A stretch of DNA of 20,000 bases from Candidatus Eiseniibacteriota bacterium (GTDB taxonomy: Bacteria; Orphanbacterota; Orphanbacteria; Orphanbacterales; Orphanbacteraceae). Shown here in pieces: positions 9,513 through 16,374 of this stretch. Made by a program: the position numbers and the translations under genes. The stretch is from contig JBDROZ010000026.1 of NCBI GenBank assembly GCA_043809585.1, positions 45,429-65,428 on the forward strand. Direction: 5' to 3'. Positions within the stretch are counted from its first letter, which is position 1. Each line of letters begins with the position of its first letter. The notes beneath the pieces are model-generated. The model worked only from the letters and a program-made list of their open reading frames with translations, had not been told where the DNA came from and made no database searches.

Positions 9513-9542
9513 GCCCCTCCCGAGCCGGGGAGGGGCTTTTCT
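9513..9542 (+). terminator. Intrinsic terminator-like hairpin that also contains the aroK Shine-Dalgarno
   Basis: GCCCCTCCC (9513-9521) / GGGAGGGGC (9528-9536) 9-bp stem, 6-nt loop, followed by TTTTCT. Confidence 0.65.
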
Positions 9543-9543
9543 C

Positions 9544-10083
9544 ATGACCGAGCGCGTCGTTCTCACCGGCATGATGGGTTCGGGGAAGAGCGTGGTCGGG
9601 CGGATCCTCGCCCGCCGCCTCGACATCCCCTTCGTCGATCTCGACCGGATGATCGAGACCGCCGAAGCCATGTCGATCGCCCGGATCTTCTCTTCCCTCG
9701 GCGAGCCGGCGTTCCGGGAGATCGAGTCCCGCCACCTGGCGGCCGCCTGCCGCGCCTCCCGGGGGGTGCTCGCCACCGGAGGCGGGGTGGTCCTCTCCGC
9801 GGAGAACCGGCGGCGGCTGCGGCGTTGGGGCACCGTCGTCTATCTCCGGGCCACGGCGGGGACCCTTCTCGGCCGTCTGACCGAGGACGAGAAGAAGACG
9901 CGTCCCCTCCTCGGGGCCGCCGACCCGGCCGCCGCCCTCCGGTCCCTCCTCGAGTCGAGGCGGGCTCTCTATGAGAAAGCGAAGCTCACGGTCGACACGG
10001 AGGGCCTCACCGCGGACGCCGTGGCGGACTCGGTTCTCCGGGCCATCGCCGAGAAGGGGGCGGCGGAGGGGGAAAAGCCTTGA
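9544..10083 (+). CDS. aroK: Shikimate kinase
   Basis: Walker A GMMGSGKS, FVDLD, GEPAFREIE, ATGGGVV, RPLL, R..LYEK motifs. Confidence 0.95.
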   Translation: MTERVVLTGMMGSGKSVVGRILARRLDIPFVDLDRMIETAEAMSIARIFSSLGEPAFREIESRHLAAACRASRGVLATGGGVVLSAENRRRLRRWGTVVYLRATAGTLLGRLTEDEKKTRPLLGAADPAAALRSLLESRRALYEKAKLTVDTEGLTADAVADSVLRAIAEKGAAEGEKP

Positions 10084-10119
10084 CCCCACTTTGCCAATCC
10101 AAATATTATCAATGAGTTG
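10080..10119 (+). promoter_or_regulatory. Putative sigma70 promoter for the rsmD-coaD cluster with an overlapping IHF-consensus site
   Basis: TTGACC (10080-10085)-N18-TATTAT (10104-10109). TATCAATGAGTTG (10107-10119) matches WATCAANNNNTTR exactly. Sharp AT-rich island in high-GC DNA. Confidence 0.55.
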
Positions 10120-10130
10120 AGGGTGAACCG

Positions 10131-10688
10131 ATGAGAATCGTCGCCGGCGCCCGGCGGGGCGCCCGCCTCTACACGGGGAAGGCTCCCGGCTTCCGGCCCA
10201 CGTCGGACCGCGTGCGGGAGGCCATCTTCGACATTCTCGGCGGTCTCACCGAAGGCCGGCGCGTGCTCGATCTCTTCGCCGGCTCGGGCGCTCTCGGGTT
10301 CGAGGCCCTCTCCCGGGGGGCGCTCGAGGCTCTCTTCGTGGAGAAGAGCCGGCGGATCGCCGGCTGGATCGAGCGAAACGGCCGGGATCTCCGATTCGAC
10401 GACCGGATCACCGTCCACGCCTCGGACGCGGTCCGTTTTCTGAAGAGGGGGGAGGAGCTCGAGAAGTACGATCTCCTCTTCGCCGACCCCCCCTACGGCG
10501 CCGGGCTCGTCCGTCCGGCCCTCGAGGGGATCGCCGCGATCCCGGGGCCCCGGCGGGTGGTTCTGGAGCGGGACAGGCGGGAGGACCCGGGCATCCCCCG
10601 GACCGGGTGGCGCCGGGCGGCGGCCTACGGCGACACGGTGGTGGAGTTCCTGTCATTCGGGGAGTCCCCCGAGGAGGAGTCACGGTGA
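10131..10688 (+). CDS. rsmD: 16S rRNA (guanine(966)-N2)-methyltransferase RsmD
   Basis: MRIVAG, RPTSDRVREAIF, DLFAGSGALGFEALSRGA, DPPY, YGDT. Usual pairing with coaD. Confidence 0.95.
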   Translation: MRIVAGARRGARLYTGKAPGFRPTSDRVREAIFDILGGLTEGRRVLDLFAGSGALGFEALSRGALEALFVEKSRRIAGWIERNGRDLRFDDRITVHASDAVRFLKRGEELEKYDLLFADPPYGAGLVRPALEGIAAIPGPRRVVLERDRREDPGIPRTGWRRAAAYGDTVVEFLSFGESPEEESR

Positions 10689-11176
10689 AGACCACACTCT
10701 ATCCGGGCACCTTCGACCCGGTGACGAACGGGCACATGGACCTGATCGAGCGGGGCACCCGGCTCTTCGACCGGGTCGTGGTCGGCGTGGCGGCGGCCCA
10801 CCACAAGGAGAAGCCTCTCTTCTCCCACGACGAGAGGGTGGAGATGATCCGTGTAGCGAGCGCCCGGTTCGAGCAGGTCGAGGTCAGGCCCTTCGACGGG
10901 CTCCTCGTCGAATTCGCCCGGGAGGTGGGGGCGGTGTCGATCCTCCGCGGGCTCCGGGCGATCTCGGACTACGAGTTCGAGACCCAGATGGCGTTCATGA
11001 ACCGGCGGCTCGCGCCGGGCATCGAGATCGTCTTTCTGCCGGCCGACGAACGGCACACCTACGTGAATTCCACGGTCATCAAGGAGGTCGCCCGCCTCGG
11101 CGGCGACGTTTCGGCCTTTGTTCCGGCGGGGGTCCTCGGCCGCCTCGCGGCGAAATTCGGGGGGGAGGCCGGCTGA
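10685..11176 (+). CDS. coaD: Phosphopantetheine adenylyltransferase
   Basis: GTG 10685 (GTGA overlap, GAGGAG upstream). YPGTFDPVTNGHMDLIER, RGLRAISDYEFE, NSTVIKEVARLGGDVS. Confidence 0.97.
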   Translation: MKTTLYPGTFDPVTNGHMDLIERGTRLFDRVVVGVAAAHHKEKPLFSHDERVEMIRVASARFEQVEVRPFDGLLVEFAREVGAVSILRGLRAISDYEFETQMAFMNRRLAPGIEIVFLPADERHTYVNSTVIKEVARLGGDVSAFVPAGVLGRLAAKFGGEAG

Positions 11177-11730
11177 TGCGCCGCTGGACCCGCCTCTCCC
11201 ACGAGGTCATTTTCGAGTCGCCGTACGTCGCCTTCGAGCATGACCGGTACCGGCTTCCCGACGGGGGAGAAGGGGACTACTATTACGTCCGGTCGCGGGG
11301 GGCCGTGATGATCGTGCCCGTCGACGACGAGGGGCGGGCGGTCCTCGTCCGCCAGTACCGGTATCTTCTGGACGAGGACTCCCTCGAGTTCCCGGCCGGG
11401 GGATTGAAGAAGGGCGGGGACCCCCTGGACCAGGCGAAGGCGGAGCTCCGGGAAGAGGCGGGGGTGGAAGCGGCGTCGTGGACGGAGATCGGGCGGTTCG
11501 CCTCGTGGAACGGCGCGACCAACGAAGTCTGCCTCGTCTATCTCGCCCGGGACCTGACGCCGGCGGAGGGGACGCCGGACAAGACCGAGGAGTTCGAGGT
11601 CCTCCGCGTCCCCTGGGGAGAGCTTCTCCGCCTCGCCGAGACGAACGAACTCTTCGACGGAATGACCCTTGCGTCGGTCGCCCTGGCGCGTAGATTTGTG
11701 GAGGGGCCCCGCGCCCCCGCGGAGGAGTGA
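11176..11730 (+). CDS. NUDIX hydrolase, ADP-ribose pyrophosphatase-like
   Basis: LVRQYRY...LEFPAG and a Nudix box variant [28 protein letters not shown] coupling to coaD. Confidence 0.88.
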   Translation: MRRWTRLSHEVIFESPYVAFEHDRYRLPDGGEGDYYYVRSRGAVMIVPVDDEGRAVLVRQYRYLLDEDSLEFPAGGLKKGGDPLDQAKAELREEAGVEAASWTEIGRFASWNGATNEVCLVYLARDLTPAEGTPDKTEEFEVLRVPWGELLRLAETNELFDGMTLASVALARRFVEGPRAPAEE

Positions 11731-11735
11731 GAACG

Positions 11736-12023
11736 ATGCCGACCTACGAGTACGAATGCCAACGCTGCGGGCATCGGTTCGAACGGTTTCAGAGCATGAC
11801 CGATGAGCCGGTGAAACGGTGTCCCGAGTGCCGGGGAAAGGTGAACCGCCTTCTCTCCGGCGGGGCCGGGTTCATCTTCAAGGGATCGGGCTTCTACATC
11901 ACCGACTACCGCAGCGACCAATACAAAAAGCAGGCGAAGCAGGAAAGCTCCTCCTCTTCCGAGAGCGAGCCGAAGCCGAAGAAGGACTCGAAGCCCCCCG
12001 GAAAGAAGGAACCCTCGGAATAG
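11736..12023 (+). CDS. FmdB-family zinc-ribbon protein
   Basis: [16 protein letters not shown]...CPECRG...[11 protein letters not shown], then a low-complexity S/K/E/P tail. GGAGGAG upstream of ATG 11736. Confidence 0.92.
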   Translation: MPTYEYECQRCGHRFERFQSMTDEPVKRCPECRGKVNRLLSGGAGFIFKGSGFYITDYRSDQYKKQAKQESSSSSESEPKPKKDSKPPGKKEPSE

Positions 12024-12096
12024 TCCCTTTCGATCCCGCCGGTCCCGCTCGGAATCCGGCGCGCCCGGCGCCTACGCGCGGGGGGAGGTCGTCCCC

Positions 12097-13077
12097 ATTC
12101 GTTTCGTCGATCGAGCCACCATCGAAGTCGAGTCGGGGGGTGGAGGCAACGGCTGTTCCAGCTTCCGGCGGGAGCGCTTTCTCCCGAAGGGGGGGCCGGA
12201 CGGCGGCGACGGCGGCCGGGGGGGCTCCGTCGTTCTCGTCGCCGATCCCCGGAAGAGGACTCTCCTCGACTTCCGCTACAAGAGCGCCTTCCGGGCGGCC
12301 CGGGGGGCCCACGGCCAAGGGGCCCGGAAGGACGGGAAGGACGGGGAGGACTTGATCATCGCCGTTCCGCCGGGAACGGTGGTGACCGACGCGGAGACGG
12401 GGGAAACGATCGCGGACCTGACCGAGGCGGACGGGCGGGTCGTGGTCGCCCGGGGGGGGCGGGGCGGGTGGGGCAACGTGCGCTTCGCCACGTCCACCGA
12501 CCGCACCCCGCGCCGCGCCGAGCCGGGGGGGCCCGGCCAGGCGAGGCGCATCGACCTGGAACTGAAGCTGCTCGCCGATGCCGGTCTGGTCGGCCTCCCG
12601 AACGCGGGCAAGTCGACCTTTCTCGCCCGGGTCTCGGCGGCGCGGCCGAAGATCGCCGATTACCCCTTCACCACCCTCGAGCCGAACCTCGGGCTCGTCC
12701 GTGTCGACACCTTCGAGTCCTTCCTCCTCGCCGACATCCCGGGGCTCATCGAGGGGGCGAGCGAGGGGAAAGGTTTGGGCCTCGACTTTCTCCGGCACAT
12801 CGAGCGGTGCCGGGTACTGATCTACCTCGTGGACGGCACCGGCGAGAATCCGGTCGCCGACCTCGCCGTGCTCCGGGACGAGCTCCGCCGGTACCGGGCC
12901 GACCTCCTGGAGCGCTCCTCCCTCACGGTCTGGAACAAGATGGACGCCGTCCCCGATCCGTCCCTTCTCCCCGAGCCCGAGGGGGGCGCGTGGCGCATCT
13001 CGGCCGCCACGGGGGAAGGGGTCCGGGAACTCGTCTTCGAGATCCACCGGCGGATCCGGGAGGGGGAGGATGAATAG
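12097..13077 (+). CDS. obgE: GTPase Obg (ObgE/CgtA), apparently starting at ATT
   Basis: The frame continues upstream of the track's TTG 12352 through the canonical N-terminus FVDRATIEVESGGGGNGCSSFRRERFLPKGGPDGGDGGRGG. G-domain motifs GLPNAGKST, YPFTT, DIPG, NKMD, ISA. Confidence 0.95.
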   Translation: MRFVDRATIEVESGGGGNGCSSFRRERFLPKGGPDGGDGGRGGSVVLVADPRKRTLLDFRYKSAFRAARGAHGQGARKDGKDGEDLIIAVPPGTVVTDAETGETIADLTEADGRVVVARGGRGGWGNVRFATSTDRTPRRAEPGGPGQARRIDLELKLLADAGLVGLPNAGKSTFLARVSAARPKIADYPFTTLEPNLGLVRVDTFESFLLADIPGLIEGASEGKGLGLDFLRHIERCRVLIYLVDGTGENPVADLAVLRDELRRYRADLLERSSLTVWNKMDAVPDPSLLPEPEGGAWRISAATGEGVRELVFEIHRRIREGEDE

Positions 13078-14161
13078 GGAGCGGGAGGCGTGGGTCGCCC
13101 TCCACCTGGCGCCCGGCGCGTCGGGCCGCCGCAAACGGACCCTTCTCGAGGCCTTCGGGTCGCCGGAGGCCGTCCTCGCGGAGAGCCCGGACCGGATCGC
13201 CGGGCTCCTTCCTCTCGGAGGGGGCCGGGCGGGCGGGCTTCATCCCCGGGAGGGGCGTGCGGCCAAGGTCCTCGCCGATCTCTTCCGGGCGGGGGGTGAC
13301 CTTCTCGTCTGGAACGACGAGGACTACCCTCCATTATTAAAAGAGACTTATGACCCGCCCCTCGTGTTGTTTCTGAAGGGAAATCGAGAAGCCCTCCGGC
13401 GGAGGACCGTGGGGATCGTGGGCGCCCGGAAGGCGGATCCGGACGCGGCCGACTGGACCTCCTCCATGGCGGAGGTGCTCGCCCGATCGGGCTTCTCCGT
13501 GGTCTCGGGGCTCGCCGAGGGGATCGACGGCGCCGCCCACCGGGGCGCCCTCCGGGGGGGGGGGACCACCGTCGCCGTCCTCGGCACCGGTCTCGACCAG
13601 GTCTATCCCGTCGCCCACGGAGATCTCGCCCGGGAGATCACGGAGAACGGCGTGCTCCTCACCGAATTCCCGCCGGGGACGGGGCCGCGGCCCGCCCATT
13701 TCCCGAGGAGGAACCGCATCATCGCGGGGCTCTCGTCCGCTGTTCTCGTCGCCCAGGCGGCGGAACGGAGCGGCGCCGGAATCACGGCGCGCCTCGCCCT
13801 CGAATCGTCCCGGGACGTATTCGTTCTCGCCGCGCCCCCGTGGGACGAGCGTTTCGCGGGCAATCGCCGTCTCGCCCGCGAGGGGGCGGCGGTGGTGCAG
13901 GACGGGGAAGAGGTGGCCCTCCGGCTCGGCGTCACTCCCGTGGAAGGGGGGGCGTCCGGGAGGCCCTCCCTCGAACTGCTGGGAGGGGACGAGCGGGCGG
14001 TGGCCTCCCTCCTCGAAGAGGGGCCCCGGAGGGCGGACGAGATTTGCCGGGAGACGGGCAAAGGGGCGGCGGACGTACTGGCGATCCTGATGGCCCTCGA
14101 ACTGGGGGGGTGGGTGACGGAACGGCCGGGCGGCAACTACGCGATCCGGGGAGCGTCGTGA
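13070..14161 (+). CDS. dprA: DNA-processing protein DprA (Smf)
   Basis: YPPLLKETYDPPLVLFLKGN, IVGAR, VSGLAEGIDGAAHRGAL, AVLGTGLD.VYP, FPRRNRIIAGLS, C-terminal winged helix (LMALELGGWV). Confidence 0.95.
   Translation: MNREREAWVALHLAPGASGRRKRTLLEAFGSPEAVLAESPDRIAGLLPLGGGRAGGLHPREGRAAKVLADLFRAGGDLLVWNDEDYPPLLKETYDPPLVLFLKGNREALRRRTVGIVGARKADPDAADWTSSMAEVLARSGFSVVSGLAEGIDGAAHRGALRGGGTTVAVLGTGLDQVYPVAHGDLAREITENGVLLTEFPPGTGPRPAHFPRRNRIIAGLSSAVLVAQAAERSGAGITARLALESSRDVFVLAAPPWDERFAGNRRLAREGAAVVQDGEEVALRLGVTPVEGGASGRPSLELLGGDERAVASLLEEGPRRADEICRETGKGAADVLAILMALELGGWVTERPGGNYAIRGAS
13554..13564 (+). repeat. G11 homopolymer inside dprA
   Basis: CTC CGG GGG GGG GGG ACC; the longest homopolymer I found in the window (others reach G8). 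Confidence 0.85.
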
Positions 14162-15078
14162 GCGGGCCGGCCCGTCCCAAGATGAGCCACCGTATCGAGG
14201 ATGCCGCACTCCGGGCCGCCCTCTTTCTCCTCGGCCCTCTCGGATGGCGGGGGACCCAGCGCCTCGGCGCCGCCGCCGGCTCCCTCGCCTATCGGATCGT
14301 GCGGAAGCGCCGGGACGTGACCGCCGCGAACATCTCCCGGGCCTTCCCCGAAAAGAGCGGCGCCGAAGTGGATGCCCTCGTCCGGGAAACCTACCGATCC
14401 TGGGGGAGGACCTTCTTCGAGTTCGCCCGGTTCGGCGCCATGGGGCCCGGCGAGGTCCGGCGCCTCGTCCGAATCGATAATTGCGGCATCCTCGATGAAG
14501 TGCTCGCCGAAGGGAAAGGGGCGGTTCTCTTCACGGGCCACTTCGGGAACTTCGACCTCTTCGGCGCCGCCGTCGTGGCCCGGGGGTACCCCCTCTCGGT
14601 GTTGGTTCAGCGCCAGAGCAACCGGATCGTGGACGAGAGGATGCGCCGCTACCGGGAGAGGATGGGAGCGAGGGTGATCTACCGGGGGCCGAACGCGCGG
14701 GAGATCGTCCGCGCCCTCCGGGAGGGGCGCCTCGTGGCGATCGTCGGCGACCAGGACGCCCGGGAAGCGGGGGTCTTCGTCGATTTCCTCGGTGCCCCGG
14801 CGTCGACGCCCAAGGGGCCGGCCCTCTTCGCCCGCCGGTACGGAGCGCCCATCATCTTCTGCGCCGGGGAGCGGCAGGAGGACGGGACCCACGTCTGCCG
14901 GTTCGAGGGGCCGATCCGGCCCGACCTCGCCGCGGACGAGGAGACGGAGGTGATGCGCCTGACGTCGGATCTCGCGGGCCGCCTCGAAACGGCCGTCCGC
15001 CTCCGGCCGGACCACTACTTCTGGATGCACCGGCGGTGGAAGACGAAACCCCCCGCCGCGGAAGGTGCCGCCTCATGA
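14158..15078 (+). CDS. Lipid A late acyltransferase-like (LpxL/HtrB family) lysophospholipid acyltransferase
   Basis: GHFGNFD (HxxxxD/E), IVGDQD, VFVDFLG, PDHYFWMHRRWK. Start at GTG 14158 (GTGA overlap) or ATG 14182. Confidence 0.88.
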   Translation: MSGPARPKMSHRIEDAALRAALFLLGPLGWRGTQRLGAAAGSLAYRIVRKRRDVTAANISRAFPEKSGAEVDALVRETYRSWGRTFFEFARFGAMGPGEVRRLVRIDNCGILDEVLAEGKGAVLFTGHFGNFDLFGAAVVARGYPLSVLVQRQSNRIVDERMRRYRERMGARVIYRGPNAREIVRALREGRLVAIVGDQDAREAGVFVDFLGAPASTPKGPALFARRYGAPIIFCAGERQEDGTHVCRFEGPIRPDLAADEETEVMRLTSDLAGRLETAVRLRPDHYFWMHRRWKTKPPAAEGAAS

Positions 15079-16055
15079 CCCGGGTTGCCGTGATCGGCAC
15101 GATCAATCACGACCGGATCATCGCGCCGGACGGCGCCGTTCACGAGGACCTCGGCGGCATCCTTTACAACGTGCTCACCCTCGCCCCCTTCGCGGGGGAG
15201 GATGTGAGGGTCGTCCCCGTCGCCCGCCTCGGCGCGGAGCAGAGACCGGAGGTGGAGCGGCTCCTCGCGTCCCGGAGCAACGTGGACCTCTCCCGGCTCC
15301 TCTGGTCCGACTCGGGGACGAACGAGACGGTGCTCCGCTATCTCGGGCCGGACGAGCGGGAGGAGACCCTCATCGAGCGGATCGAGCCGCTGACCGCCGG
15401 GGATCTCGCCTTCGCCCGGGAGTGCGACCTCCTCCTCGTCAACATGATCTGGGGGAAGGAAGTGACGCCTCCGCTCCTCGCCCTCCTCGCCTCGGGCGGG
15501 GCGCCCCTCCTCCTCGACATCCAGAGCCTGACGCTCACCTTCCAGTCCGGTCCCGACCGGGGTTACCGGAACATCCCCGAATGGAGGGAGTGGGCCCGGC
15601 CGGCGTCCATGATCAAGGGGAACGAGGAGGAGGTCCGTTGGTTTCTCGGGGAAGGGGGGCCTTTCGGGGGAACCCTCCGGGAGGGGGCGGAGCTTCTCCT
15701 CGGCGCGGGGCCCGCGGCGGCGGTGATCACCCGGGCGACGGCCGGCTTCTCCCTCGCGTGGAAGACGGCCTCGGGCGTCCGATGGATGGAGGCGCCCGCG
15801 GTGCCGGTGCCCCGGGAGGAGTGGGCGGACATGACGGGGTGCGGGGACGCCTTCACGTCGGGCTACGCCCTCGGGCTCCTCCGAGGGGAAAGCCCGCCCG
15901 AAGCGGCCCTCCTCGGGGCCGCCCTCGGCGCCCTCGTCTGCCGCACGAGGGGTCTCCGGGCGCTCCGGAACCTGGGCGATCCCCTGGCTCTCCGTGAAGC
16001 GGCCTACGGCGATCTGCTCCGGGCGCTCCGTGAAAGGGCCCCGGAGGGGCGTTAG
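15075..16055 (+). CDS. PfkB/ribokinase-family carbohydrate kinase
   Basis: N-terminal VAVIGTINHD, GGILYN, IKGNEEE, C-terminal signature DMTGCGDAFTSG. ATGA overlap with the upstream gene. Confidence 0.85.
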   Translation: MTRVAVIGTINHDRIIAPDGAVHEDLGGILYNVLTLAPFAGEDVRVVPVARLGAEQRPEVERLLASRSNVDLSRLLWSDSGTNETVLRYLGPDEREETLIERIEPLTAGDLAFARECDLLLVNMIWGKEVTPPLLALLASGGAPLLLDIQSLTLTFQSGPDRGYRNIPEWREWARPASMIKGNEEEVRWFLGEGGPFGGTLREGAELLLGAGPAAAVITRATAGFSLAWKTASGVRWMEAPAVPVPREEWADMTGCGDAFTSGYALGLLRGESPPEAALLGAALGALVCRTRGLRALRNLGDPLALREAAYGDLLRALRERAPEGR

Positions 16056-16363
16056 CCTTCCGGACCTTGCTGGCGGAACCCGATTCCGGCCCCCGGATCG
16101 GTTCGGCCGGCGACCTTGATCGTCCCGTTCTTCTCCTCGTAGATGCCGATGTTCTTCTGCAGGGTTTCCAACAAGGCCTTCGCGTTCGGCGGCGTCATGA
16201 CGATCCGGGAAAAGACCTTCGCCTTCGGCGCCCCCGGAAGGATCCGGGCGAAGTCGAGGATGAACTCCGACGGGCTGTGGGAGAGGAGCACGAAATTGGA
16301 GTAGATCCCCTCCGCCTCCTTCTCACCCAGCTCCACGTTCAGTTTCGGTTTTTGATGCTCCAT
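16052..16363 (-). CDS. DUF3467-like small conserved protein
   Basis: EGIYSNFVLLSHSPSEFILDFARILPG.PKAKVFSRIVMTPPNAK pattern. AGGAG before the ATG at 16363. Confidence 0.85.
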   Translation of the reverse strand: MEHQKPKLNVELGEKEAEGIYSNFVLLSHSPSEFILDFARILPGAPKAKVFSRIVMTPPNAKALLETLQKNIGIYEEKNGTIKVAGRTDPGAGIGFRQQGPEG

Positions 16364-16374
16364 TGAATTTTCTC

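Noticed and set aside
11819-12096. Frameshift fusion of the FmdB protein to Obg to explain the missing Obg start
   Set aside because: FmdB has a normal tail and stop at 12023, and a strong SD precedes ATT at exactly the position where Obg proteins begin.
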